From contig OX597834.1 in the NCBI GenBank assembly GCA_951406725.2, positions 14,632,001 through 14,696,000 of the forward strand: a stretch of DNA of 64,000 bases, written 5' to 3'. This DNA is from Octopus vulgaris. Its lineage: Eukaryota. Of this stretch, positions 41,016-55,029 are shown in pieces. Every line of letters starts with the position of its first letter. Positions within the stretch are counted from its first letter, which is position 1. The position numbers and the translations under genes were made by a program. Below the pieces are notes generated by a model. It was not told the DNA's origin. It did no database searches and was given only the letters and a program-made list of their open reading frames with translations.

Positions 41016-41750
41016 TATAAATTATAGTACCATTTATTTAAAGAATTGTGTGAATTTATTCATAACATTATCCTTCACCACAAAAGTCGATTATAAATGT
41101 TTATAGACAACCGGAAAAAATCTATGATTTGGAAACTTTGCGATTTCTTTTATCGATACACTATCAGTAACATTATAGCTACTAGAAGCAAATATTTGAT
41201 TTTGCGAACGATATAATTCGAAAATAAACCTACAAGCTTTATTTTGACACAGATTATGACATTATTAAATTCATATTAACATCTACGACAGTTTAGTTCA
41301 CACATATGAAAATGCCCCATATGCAAGAACGCATTCAGTCGACCCTACTGAACGCATAGCACATAATCATCATTGACATACCTGGGTATGAAATTAATTT
41401 TTGTGTGTCGATGTCACAATGAATCGATTTTTAATAGACGATGATGGTATATATATATACATGCACGCCTTCGTAAAAGAGCGCTTGAATCTACATATAC
41501 AGAGAGCGACTTTCCAAACACGGAGTAGACGAAGCAGGGGCAGCTGAAGAAGGGGAGTATTCCTTGTGTTGTATGTCTTGTACTCTATTTTTGGGTTGTT
41601 TAAATAAAAGTCCGTTTCCATGATTTTGTTTTTATGTTTTCGTTTCTGATTGTGTTCGACGTTTTTTTTTGGGGTGTCCTGTACTCATATATGCATGTAT
41701 ATATACATATATGTATGTATATATGCATATAGTTTATATATTATTTTGGT

Positions 41751-41813
<63 letters not shown>

Positions 41814-42023
41814 GTATATATATATATATGTAAACATATATATATATATATATGTTTGTGCATCTCATCCAATTTCCTTTCTTAGATAGGTTACGATGAC
41901 CTGTCACGATATTCTTTAATGCATCAAGGAGCTGTACTTTATTTTCTCCTTTTGATAGGGTGATAACCTTTCTAAGACCCTTTACACAGAATACTGCCAA
42001 TATTCCATTGATAAAATACTACA

Positions 42024-42054
<31 letters not shown>

Positions 42055-42361
42055 CACACACACACACACACAACACATATACATATGTATGTATGCATCT
42101 ATGTATTTATGTATGCATTCATATATGAAGAATGGAGAGAGCGATAATAAATCCAATGATTAGCTGTACACCCACAAGGGATTTAAAGATTCGTAAATTC
42201 CAATTGTCGAATACAGATTTTGAAAAGGAAATTCGTTGCGGCAATAATGTATGTATGCATGTATATAAATAAATATATGTGTATGAGTGTGTGTGTGTAC
42301 ATGTATATACACACACACACACATATATATATATATCAATCTATCCATCTCTCCCCCTCTT

Positions 42362-42396
<35 letters not shown>

Positions 42397-42500
42397 TTCT
42401 TTATATCATAGATCTATATTATATGTATATATATATATAATATTTATGTATTTTATATTTTCATACACATACTCATCCTGACATTCGTACATATACACTC

Positions 42501-42554
<54 letters not shown>

Positions 42555-43216
42555 TTCTTTTTTTCCGTTTGAATTACGAATGGAAAAAATATAAAGACGC
42601 TTCTAGAAAAGGGGAATGGGATGAGAAGAATAGAAAAGAAGATAAGAATAAAGAAACACAGAATGAAGGAATGATAAAAAGAAAAATTACAACAGAAAAG
42701 AAAAATTAAAAGAAAGCAATTATCAGAGAATCGTACACGAGAACGTGAAACGTAAAAAAAAAATTATAAACGAATATTTTGGATAGTTATAGATAAATAT
42801 ATATAAATATTTCCTATTGAAATGTGTTCCGTTTGGATTCCATTTCAGGATATACCTATGCGGTTCCGATTATTATAGAAAGCAATAAATTATTGATAGA
42901 TGAGTTATCAATAAATAAATAAATATATAAATAAATACGGAGAATTAATTCTAGTCGGAAAACCTGTTCAAAAAAGTTCCTATCGATATTCTATAAAATA
43001 TTGATATATAGGAATAAATATTGGTAAATGAAATTTGGATAGGATTCGCTGCAAGAGTACGTTTGATCTCATCAACCCTACGTATATTACTGGTATTTCG
43101 TTGTAAGGTGTTTGTATATGAGAAAGATAATACTAACTTCAATACTTCTCAAAATAGTTATGGATTGCATGTCCGTATCAATGAATTCCAACCTTATACG
43201 TTCTGTTCGCTTATGC

Positions 43217-43621
43217 AATTCATTTCAATTCAATTCAATTTTTATTGGCTCCAAAAGCAAAAGCAAGGCGATGTAGAGGGACAGGGAGGGTGGTTATACA
43301 AATAGTTCAGGCCATATATGGTCAAGAGAGACTTTGAACGGAGCGGTCGTCGGCATCTTCACTATCTCGTCCGGCAGCTTATTCCACGGATCCGCAACCC
43401 GCACGGAGAAAGCCCCTCTCCTTCAATTGAGATGAAATCGTCGTAGATACAGCTTTTCGGAGTGACCTCGCAACCCAAGATCTGGAGCAGGAGTGAGGAA
43501 CAGCCCCTTCGAGAGGTTACACTTTCGCTTATGATGTTGTGAGCGAGAATGAAATCATCATGGCGTCGTCGTTTTTCGAGCGTCTTCAGCCTTTCATCAT
43601 AAGACAAATGCTTGAGACCAA

Positions 43622-43624
<3 letters not shown>
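43217..43624 (-). pseudogene. CR1-clade LINE ORF2 C-terminus and 3' tail
   Basis: GLKHLSYDERLKTLEKRRRHDDFILAHNII, then FSVRVADPWNKLPDEIV...FKVSLD in a shifted frame; (AATTG)n tail. Confidence 0.85.
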
Positions 43625-43654
<30 letters not shown>

Positions 43655-44196
43655 TAAATAAATGGTACAACGAAGTACCGATATTTCCTGGAAAATAGCG
43701 AACGTAATAAATACGACGCTAATGTATAGCTTCACTGCGTATGTACTAGTAAAGATGCGTGTGTGCAGCAAACATGAAAAAAATTGTCTTACCTCTAGGA
43801 AGAACATCTGAAAAATGAAATACCTAGAAATGGATAATGTGGTACCGGTTTCAGATTCTTCAAAATACGTCTGCCAATGAGGTAGTTTTGGCGAAGCATT
43901 GTGAGGTATAGCTTTACAGAAGGTTGTTTCCAAAGGGTGAAGCTATGCAAGAAGATGCAAAGTGAACTACAAAAGGGGTAAAAAACGGGATAAAGTTTCA
44001 GTTTTACTTTACATTACTATACTTCGGGGTGAAGAGCCTTTCTTCAGGACATTTGGAAAAAAGCGATAGATTGAAATGCCGAGCATTAATTAGAAATATA
44101 GAAATCCCAGGTAAACTACAACATGGTTGTTTTCCATTCCTCTTATAGTCTGCCTGTTACCTTCTCGCATTATGCTGGCCTTTCACAACAGTCTTC

Positions 44197-44267
<71 letters not shown>

Positions 44268-44274
44268 TATATAA

Positions 44275-44500
44275 TTTTTCACTCTTTTACTTATTTCAGT
44301 CATTTGACTGTGTCCATGCTGGAGCACAGCATTTAGTCATGTAAATCGACCCCAGGACTTATTCTTTGGAAGCCTAATACTTATTCTACTGGTCTCTTTG
44401 CCGAACCACTAAGTTACGAGGACGTAAACAGACTACCATCGGTTGCCAAGCGATGTTGGCGGTACAAACACAGACGCACAAACATATACACACATACATA
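44275..44500 (-). mobile_element. SINE group B 3' half ending in its internal microsatellite
   Basis: Tail and body present, head half absent. Confidence 0.85.
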
Positions 44501-44506
44501 CATATT

Positions 44507-44544
<38 letters not shown>

Positions 44545-44567
44545 CATGCATGTATGTATATATATAT

Positions 44568-44619
<52 letters not shown>

Positions 44620-44623
<4 letters not shown>

Positions 44624-44990
44624 AATATTAGGGAATAAATCCAAATTTACAGGGAAAAAATCAGATTTAGGATTAAATCCAATTTTATAGTAAAATATTA
44701 TAAAATATTATTAGAGACAAAACCACTATTTTGCAAAACAAACAAGGAAAGACTTAATCAATACATAAAATTTTAATAAATAGTCAAAAAAACCGCCACT
44801 ACAATTGTTTCTTGTCTTGATCGACAATCTTCAGGTGGACCTCCAATAAGTCAGTTTCAAATATATGTGGCAATCAGGATAACATCTTGGTTGCCATAGC
44901 AAGTTAAAAACCCAGTACCCACACCAAAATTCTTTTGTAACTATTGTCCACCATTTAGTTCGCCACATACCTATAACTGATCTTATTCCT
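44620..44990 (-). mobile_element. Hammerhead-bearing element, family H2, non-fold-back copy
   Basis: Abuts (TA)n at the same end as the 17831 copy; high similarity over ~220 bp. Confidence 0.72.
44796..44838 (-). ncRNA. Minimal type I hammerhead ribozyme, intact core
   Basis: CCAC-CTGAAGA-TTGTC-GATCAA-GACAA-GAAAC-AATT-GTA-GTGG; all core nucleotides present, palindromic stem III ACAATTGT. Confidence 0.82.
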
Positions 44991-45187
44991 TATAAATAAA
45001 AGGAAGACAGTTCGAGCTGACTTAGTGGGGACGTGAACTGCGTTTGAAGAGAAGCGAAAAAAGGTTTGCACATCAGTTGCTCAAACGGTTTATCCCTGCA
45101 AAATCCCTGTGTGCGTGTGTGTGTGTGTATTTATGTATGCATGTATGTATGTATGTATGTATGTATGTATATATGCATATATATATA

Positions 45188-46004
45188 CAGGGTGTGATGC
45201 AAAATTACATTAAAACACCTTGAAATACTAAAGAGTAAATTTATTCAACAAAATCACCATAGGCTTCAACAACAGCCTTCTGACGACTTCGGAATCTCCT
45301 GGAAGACTCCCGGAACGTCTCCCTGTTTAAATTGGTGAATGCTGCCATAATCCTCGCCTCCAGTTAAACTTTGGTGTTACAATAAGCTTTGGTGAAATCT
45401 GACACAACTGCACTCCACGCATAATAAACAAGGAGTTTTTAGTCTGGTGAGTTAGGTGGCCAAATGTTAAGGGTGATGTGGTCGCAGAAATTGTCTGAAA
45501 GCCACGACTGGGTTCTCCTGGTTGTGTGGCATGGGGCAGAGACCCATTGCCAGATATAGAGTCGTCCAGCCGCTACCGTCTTGACACAGAGCAGCACCGC
45601 TTCCTCCAGGCACTTGATATAGTCCACCGCGTCGAGTCTGAGGCCGCGTGGAAATAAGATAAGAGGTATAACTTCGCCATCAGTAGTGTTCACAGCAAAC
45701 ACCATGATGTTGACGGGATGTTCTATTTTATTCAATCTCAATGCATGTTTTGGGGACACAGAAATCCAACACTGCTGTGTGTTTACCGTTTGTTCGTATT
45801 GGAGCTTCCAGCACGAATGCCAAGCAGTACAGCTTGTCGTTTCTGAATTTCTGGCATAGTGAATTGCGTCATGGTGATTTTTTTCCTCACCGACGGTGCC
45901 CAACTGACGCTACTATACTATGTAGTCGGTAAAATCAAATACAAACCATGCGCATGTGTAAAATTAAAAATATAAAATGGAGACAATTTACCCTTTGCAC
46001 ACTG
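45188..46004 (-). mobile_element. Decayed Tc1/mariner-superfamily transposon (maT/DD37D-like) with transposase remnant 45250-45900
   Basis: IMVFAV..DG, YIWQWVSAPCH (QQDxAPxH) and WPPNSPD motifs; degenerate TIRs TA|CAGGGTGTG and GCACACTG. Confidence 0.8.
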
Positions 46005-46044
46005 CATATGTATCTACATATGTACGTATGTATCTATGTATGCA

Positions 46045-46247
46045 TGTAAGTGAGTACGCCATGTTAGATCGTTAGCCACTACACACATTTTTTTCTCTCC
46101 TTGTTTTTTTGTGTGTCCCTTTCTGTAGAAGAGCTTAGGCTCGAAACGTAAAAGACTTTCCCTGTTCCTAAGCGTTATACTAATACATCTGTTTGTTTTG
46201 TACACCACCTATCTTCGTCTGTTGTTCTTTTCGTAAACACTCCCTAT
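46045..46247 (+). mobile_element. Family H3 element, best preserved copy
   Basis: 46119-46154 reads CTTT-CTGTAGAA-GAGC-TTAG-GCTC-GAAAC-GTA-AAAG; ends in (TA)n. Confidence 0.6.
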
Positions 46248-46260
46248 ATATATAAATATG

Positions 46261-46332
<72 letters not shown>

Positions 46333-46351
46333 TATATATACATATTATTTT

Positions 46352-46498
46352 TTTTCCGACCAGACCATCAGATGTTGTTACACATCGCTGGTCACAATGC
46401 GTTCGCATTGTTTTAGCCTTCGAATGACGCCACCCCGCTGGCTAAGTGAGCAGGCCAACAGAAGAAAGAGTGGGAGAAAGAGCGGTGAAAGAGTACAG

Positions 46499-46501
<3 letters not shown>
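46352..46501 (-). mobile_element. 5'-truncated SINE group C variant with a third 3' tail
   Basis: CTGCTGTACTCTTTCACC shared with group C, followed by an unrelated tail ending CTGATGGTCTGGTCGGAAAAA. Confidence 0.65.
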
Positions 46502-47473
<972 letters not shown>

Positions 47474-47740
47474 TAGAGAAGAAGGTTTGCATTGTGCGAT
47501 GTGAGATTACAGAGTTGCTTTTACTTGGCAGTTTCTGTCGTGATATCGCTATCAGCAAGAAGGAATCACTGTGACATCTGGCTTGTATTATATATAAGCC
47601 TGTGCATCCACGTGTGTGAGTTCGAGAGGGTGTTTACGTAGAAGAATCATGTAGGAAAGGCATAATTGTATATACCTGCACATATTTTTGTTTGTATATT
47701 ACAGATGAATATATATGACGTATATACATATATATACATA

Positions 47741-47801
<61 letters not shown>

Positions 47802-48018
47802 CAGATGAATATATGGCGTGTATATATGTGTATATATATCGATACATATATATATGTAAGTATGTATAAGCTGCTAATTATTCTTTACTTTAGAACTCCA
47901 AGTATATATAAGTACAAATAACAGTGTGGGCAGTTGAGTCTAAACATCTCTTGTACGATACGTGCGTGTGTGCGTGTGTATGTGTGTCTGTGTAGCATGT
48001 TTATATATAAATCTATAT

Positions 48019-48055
<37 letters not shown>

Positions 48056-48740
48056 TATAGATGTACATATATACATTTATATACAAGCACATATATACAT
48101 GCAATATATATATATACATATATACAACAATATCTCAATGTACTTGATTATCACACGCATTGCTCCTAATGGTATGGATGCGTTAAAAATGCAAGTATTT
48201 CTTTTCTGTTATAGATTATACTGTGTTATTTAAGGTGAATAATTTCGTGGTAACAGTTGAATGAGGTAAAAAAAAATGTGTGTTAAAATATTGCGTAAAG
48301 AATTCGCCGCGAAAACGAATGTAGTTTCACTTTCACTTTCGTGAAGCTATGCATATGCGCCATTACGTATGCAATAACATACGCACAAGCATACAGTACG
48401 AGCATACGTATATGTGCAGGAGACGCAACGTATATGCACACCTCCATTTACTCACCTGCACATCCTGCTGTAAATGCAAAAAGGGGGAAAATGCATGCAT
48501 AACAAACATGTATCCTTAGATATGTTTCAGCAACAATACTTGTGTACTCTCTCTACGTTTAAAATGCCCACGTCTATATATTTTCGGGTAATGCAAACAG
48601 CACAGAAACACTTAACTACATGCATGTGTGTGTGTGTTTGCATATATCTATGTAGGTATTTATAAGTGTATATATACAAACATATATATATATATATATA
48701 TATGAAGGCAAGTTCGCATATATATGGATATATACATGTA

Positions 48741-48817
<77 letters not shown>

Positions 48818-48909
48818 CAAAGAAAATTTATACACATTAATACATGTGTGCCTGTGTATGTATATATATATATGCATGTAGAATCATACATATAAACACA
48901 CACGCACAC

Positions 48910-48969
<60 letters not shown>

Positions 48970-48976
48970 GTATTTA

Positions 48977-49037
<61 letters not shown>

Positions 49038-49294
49038 GCATATGTATTTGTATATTTATATATCCCGAAATCAGTTGCCTAATGCGCAGACCCTCTCGCG
49101 CAAACGCACAGCATACACGCACGCACACACACACACACACACACAGAGCCAAACACGCATTTACACATACAGCTACACACACTCTTCTTCACACGTCCAT
49201 AATGAAACGCTTATATTCTCAGTCAATTCTTTCAAGTCGATGATATTTTGTTATATAGCACCAGATTATATTATTTATCATTTTCGCTTCCCTT

Positions 49295-49317
49295 TTTATT
49301 ATCATTATCACTATCAC

Positions 49318-49360
<43 letters not shown>

Positions 49361-49401
49361 TAAGATATCATCATCATCATCATTATTATTACTATTCATT
49401 A

Positions 49402-49460
<59 letters not shown>

Positions 49461-49573
49461 ATTATTATTATTATTATTATTATTATCATTATTATCATTA
49501 TTTATTACTATTATTATGATTATTATTATTATTACTACAACTATTATTATCGTTATTATAATTATTACTATTA

Positions 49574-49656
<83 letters not shown>

Positions 49657-49680
49657 ACTATTATTACCATTATTGTTATT
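49295..49680. repeat. (ATT)n microsatellite
   Basis: Read directly. Confidence 0.95.
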
Positions 49681-50024
49681 ATTTGTTTTGTTTTTTTTTA
49701 CTTATTTTAGGTTCTTTATTTATTGATGAATGCTTAACCAATTTCTATGGTTTTGTGGGTCCTCTGCAATGGGTTTTCTTTTTTGCCATTATGATAATGG
49801 GTTCACTGTATAGCACCAAAATAATATAAATGTTATAAAATTCTATCCAGCTGCGCAAATGTAATCTTTATTTGACATTTAAATATACGTAAACGCAAAC
49901 ATTAATCCATATACTTAAGCAAATGCGCATATACGTGCATATATATATGTATATATATGTATATATATATATAAATTTTCAGGTAATATATAACTGTATG
50001 AATGTATGTATTTATGTATGTATG

Positions 50025-50057
<33 letters not shown>

Positions 50058-50134
50058 ACATATATACATATATATACATATATATACGTATATATACATA
50101 TATATGTCTTTGTATATAGTTATTCAGTTATATA

Positions 50135-50169
<35 letters not shown>

Positions 50170-50647
50170 GTATATGTACATATATATATGTGTGTATGTG
50201 TATTTATGCATGTATGTGTATATACATACAGATATATGCGTGCATACATGCGTGTCTGTATTATGTTTGTATTATTGTGTGTAACATGTCTACATGTATA
50301 TGCTCATAAACGCATAAATATATATTGTGTGTGTATATATATATATATATGTGTGTGTGAGTGTTTTAATGTATACATGGATACATATATGTACATACAA
50401 GCACATATATTTATGCATGTGCCTGTGTGTGTATATATGTGTGTGTGTGTTTCTGTGTGCTTGTGCTTATGTATGTATTGGCGAATGTATATGCTAAAAC
50501 GCACACAAGTAAATACCTACATACAAACATACACACACACGCACACACACATATATATATATATATTTATATACACACAATCACACGCAATCGCTTACGC
50601 GCACAAGTGCAACTAATCTGATGAATCCTAAGCACATACACATACAA

Positions 50648-50697
<50 letters not shown>

Positions 50698-51226
50698 TCA
50701 GTTCGCGTGCGCATTTATACATAAAAAAAGGGGAATTGAATGAAAGTTTTGGAGTCAATTCTCTTTGCAAAGTAGCTGTTTCGTAAGCGAAAATAAAACG
50801 TTAAAAACGATAAAATGAACGAAATAATTTTATATTCTCCTTTCTGAAGACATTGATGGTTCCTGGATGAATACAGAGCTTTTAATCTCTTTGCTGAGAA
50901 GACACTGTAATAACAGAGAATTTGCATCTGTTTTCCATTCATTTCGACTAAATGATGTGTGAACGTCCACTGCCTGAATGCGTCAGGTCTACATCAATGT
51001 GAAATACACTATGACCGTCTACCCTTTTTCTGGCTTTTTTTTTTACTTTTGGTCAGGCTGCCATTGAGATGAGATGACTGTGTGGATAAGGCTCGAACTT
51101 AGCTACTCATACGTGAGAGTTTCAAATCAGATCCAGTGTTAATGCATTACATTTTTCTTCTTCATCTTTACAAAATCAAAATCATGATTTTTTTTTCTCT
51201 ACGCTTACAACGGGCTTTAGATTAAA

Positions 51227-51630
51227 CTAGCAGTATCGCCCGGCGTTGCTCGGGTTTGTAAGGGAAATAACTATATAAGCATTTTTAGAGAGTTATAGCC
51301 CAAAAATAGCAAAAAAATGCATTAAAAATGGAAAAAAAATGGTGGCAATTTTTTTCTAAATCGGTGACTCATCGTAGACATTTTTAGAGAGTTACTTCCC
51401 GTATATAATAGCGAAAAAATGCATTAAAATGGAAAAAAATGATGGTAAATTTTTTTTTTAATCGTAGACTCATCGTAGGGCTCGATATGAATCACGACTA
51501 TAAGATACCCGGTTTTGGTTAAACTGCACCGCAAAATGTGGGAGTAGTTAGGAATCTAAATCGTAGGAGACAGACACACAACTTCACCTTTATATGTAAA
51601 GACACACAACTTCACCTTTATATGTAAAGA
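51227..51630 (-). mobile_element. Non-autonomous Helitron, same family as 28092-28485
   Basis: A|CTAGCAGTATCGCCCGGCGTTGCTCGGG 3' end and AAAGA|T 5' end as read on the plus strand. Confidence 0.85.
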
Positions 51631-51777
51631 TATTTGCAGAAATAATTCTTACGTTAATGACTTGTCACATTGGTCCCTGAAGTTTCATTTCAAAATTATA
51701 AATAGTAATCTTATCAACTACTATCTACTTAGCTGTAATGCTTTAATAAAATTTATATCATTATATAAGTTGCATTA

Positions 51778-52012
51778 GGCTGGCGTGCTGCCAGACTCAT
51801 TTGCACGCGGAGCAAAATGTCTAGCGGTTTTTCGTCTGCCGTTACGTTCTAAGTTCAAATTCTGCCGAGGTCGACTTTGCCTTTCGTCCTTTCGAGGTCG
51901 ATAAATTAAGTAACAGTTACGCACTGGGGTCGATATAATCGACTTAATCCGTAGGTATTTTGTCCATCTCTACGTTCTGAGTTCAAATTTCACCGAGATC
52001 GACTTTGCCTTC
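51778..52012 (+). mobile_element. SINE group A with partial second unit
   Basis: Core twice; second unit starts at GGTATTTT. Confidence 0.82.
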
Positions 52013-52039
52013 AAACTTTGCAAAGCAAAAGTCAAACAT

Positions 52040-52112
52040 AAAATAATAATAATAATAATAATAATCATAATAATAATAATAATAATAATAATAAGAAGAA
52101 GAAGAAGAAGAA

Positions 52113-52143
<31 letters not shown>

Positions 52144-52260
52144 AAGAAGAAGAAGAAGAAGAAGAAGAAGAAGAAGAAGAAGAAGAAGACGAGGAATAAC
52201 AATGATGATGATAATAATAATAATAATAATAATATTAATAATAATAATAATAATAAAATA
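52040..52260. repeat. (AAT)n(AAG)n(AAT)n compound microsatellite
   Basis: Read directly. Confidence 0.95.
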
Positions 52261-53085
52261 AATGAAATAAAATTTGACATTTTGTAATAGTAACTTTGGA
52301 TGATCTGAAGTCTTTGAAAAGGATCCGTCATTCAACCTCTCAAAACATCGCATAAAATAAAATACAAATAACATGACAAAAAACAACAACTCGTTGCTGA
52401 TTATTGTCGGTTCCAATTTAGAATAAACTGGTTTCCTATATCAACCGAATTGTACTTTAAGTATTATGTCATATGCCAGAGAAATATGAAGAGAGAGAGA
52501 GGAATATGGTGGATATTCAGGTTGCAGACTGCGAGAAAAAATGTCTCCAGATTGTCTCTTCAAGGATAGCGTTTCTTTCTACTCGTTTTTCTAAAGTAAA
52601 GAATACCGCTGAGTCGGAGGATTCGATTTACAACTCAGCTCCACGGAATATGAACGTAACTGTACACACGATCCTCAGATTGTTATCAGATTGTTATCAT
52701 ACGACTCACGTAATGGGGGAAAAAAAAGGATTTCAAGTTCACCATACGCAGAGAGACAACCACTGGATATGTTGCTCTCCTGTTAATGACATTACGTTGT
52801 GTGCGTTGCCGAGAAACATCTCTCAATAACAGCAGGGCACATAGCTATAATTATCGGCAAAAGATGGTTTGCCTGATTGGATGATGTGCATCCATAGTTT
52901 CACTCATCTCTTTCTTCTGAATCTTTCAACCTGTCTCTCTTTTAAATTAATCAAACTGTCTATCTATCTATCTATCTAGTTTTCTATCTACTTATCGATC
53001 GATCTATCGATCGATCGTTCCACCTGTTTATCTATCTATGTAGTGATCTATCTATCTATCAATCAATCTACTTCTATATCTATCT

Positions 53086-53470
53086 GGTGGAGGCACTCCG
53101 TCGGTAACGACGATGAGGGTTCCGGTTGATCCGATCAACGGAACAGCCTGCTTGTGAAATTAACGTGTAAGTGGCTGAGCACTCCACAGACACGTGTACC
53201 CTTAACGTAGTTCTCGGGGATATTCAGCGTGACACAGAGAGTGACAAGGCCGGCCCTTTGAAATACAGGTACAACAGAAACAGGAAGTAAGAGTGAGAGA
53301 AAGTTGTGGTGAAAGAGTACAGCAGGGATCACCACCATCCGTGCCGGAGCCTCGTGGAGCTTTCGGTGTTTTCGCTCAATGAACACTCACAACGCCCGGT
53401 CTGGGAATCGAAACCGCGATCCTACGACCGCGAGTCCGCTGCCCTAACCACTGGGCCATTGCGCCTCCAC
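53086..53470 (-). mobile_element. SINE group C, full length
   Basis: 10 bp TSD ATATCTATCT at 53076-53085 and 53471-53480, inside a degenerate (TATC)n tract. Confidence 0.92.
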
Positions 53471-54250
53471 ATATCTATCTATTTATCAATCTATCTACTT
53501 CTATATCTCTCTATCTTTTTATCAATATATCTACTTTTATATCGATCTATTTATTTATCAATATATCTACTTCTATATCGATCTTCCTATTTATCAATCT
53601 ATCTACTTCTATATATATATTTATCTATCTTATTCATCTAGCTACCCATATAAGAGCATATGAATATATACATCAAAATATATGGTCACAGTCAAATGAC
53701 TCAAACAAGTAAATGAATACAAGAATGAAATAATATATATATGTATATGGATAGTTAGATAGAGAGAGAGAGAAAAAGAAAAGAGAGAGATAGGCAGGTA
53801 GGTAGGTAGGTAGGTAGGTAGGTAGGTAGGTAGGTAGGTAGGTAGGGAAGTAGGTACGTACGTTGATCAATTTGTATATGAGTACGTGTGTTTGTGCATA
53901 TACGTGCATATATGTGCATATACGCACATATATACTTAAATATATACATAGAACATACCCTCTCACATGTGCATATACGACCATAAAAATCACCTGTTGA
54001 CGTGTAAACAATAGATGTGTGTTCGAGTCCACTGGTAGGTATTCGACATTTCCCATCCAAATTAATTTAGAACACAATAATTATATATAATTATATATAT
54101 ACCGTAACATATATTCGCCAACTAAGTGTGGCATCCTATACAGGACTGTACTACTGATGTTTAAAGCCACAGGAAAACATGTCCTCAAGCTGACCAGCGT
54201 CATACATTCTGTGTCCGATTAGTATTTGCGAGGGGAGATCATCGCTCCCA

Positions 54251-54331
54251 TCACTAGCGTTACGTGATACACACGGACTCGATTTTCTGGGCGTTGCCCG
54301 TCCTCAGCGCGTGTTAATCACCAGCTAGTGA
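54251..54331 (-). ncRNA. Type I hammerhead motif with extended, internally looped stem I (two point defects)
   Basis: TCACTAGC-TG-GTGAT-TA-ACACGCG-CTGAGGA-CGGGC-AAC-GCCCA-GAAAA-TCGA-GTC-CGTGTGT-ATCAC-GTAAC-GCTAGTGA. Confidence 0.65.
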
Positions 54332-54359
54332 AGGAAACTCATTTTACTCGCATATTACT

Positions 54360-54770
54360 CTCTTTAATCTTTACTCTTTTTCTTGTTTCAGTCATTTGAC
54401 TGCGGCCATGCTGGAGCACCGCCTTTAGTCGAGCAAATCGACCCCGGGACTTATTCTTTGTGAGCCCAGTACTTATTCTATCGGTCTCTTTTGCCGAACC
54501 GCTAAGTTACGGGGACGTAAACACACCAGCATCGGTTGCCAAGCAATGCTAAGGGGACAAACACAAACACACAAACATACACACATAAATATATATATAC
54601 ATATATACGACAGGCTTCTTTCAGTTTCCGTCTACCAAATACACTCACAAGGCATTGGTCGGCCCGGAGCTATAGCAGAAGACACTTGCCCAAGATGCCA
54701 CGCAGTGGGACTGAACCCGGAACCATGTGGTTGGTTAGCAAGCTACTTACCACACAGCCACTCCTGCGCC
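54360..54770 (-). mobile_element. SINE group B, full length
   Basis: Colinear with other copies; likely 7 bp TSD TATTACT. Confidence 0.92.
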
Positions 54771-55029
54771 TATTACTATATATTTTTCCAGCTGATCTCG
54801 TAGGAGAAGTGAGAGAATGTTATATTAAATCTCTGAGTGAATGTGTGTGAGCGTATGTATGAGTGTATACATATACTCCAAGTGGTTCTTCTGTAAATCT
54901 CTGTATCTATTGGATGTAAGCCTCACACTCATACCCTCTGTATATTTATCAATTGCTATCTCTTTATCTCTCCTTCCTTACTACATTTATTTTTACCGCC
55001 ACCAATGGCACCTATGCGACTACGTTGCG

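Noticed and set aside
41505-41570. Type II hammerhead candidate (AAAC..GTA..CTGAAGA)
   Set aside because: No stem I pairing and GAAA reads CAAA; the surrounding 41500-41700 segment may still be a repeat
52473-52829. 118 aa non-repetitive ORF
   Set aside because: No recognisable motif or clear splice context; could be chance and needs BLAST or RNA-seq
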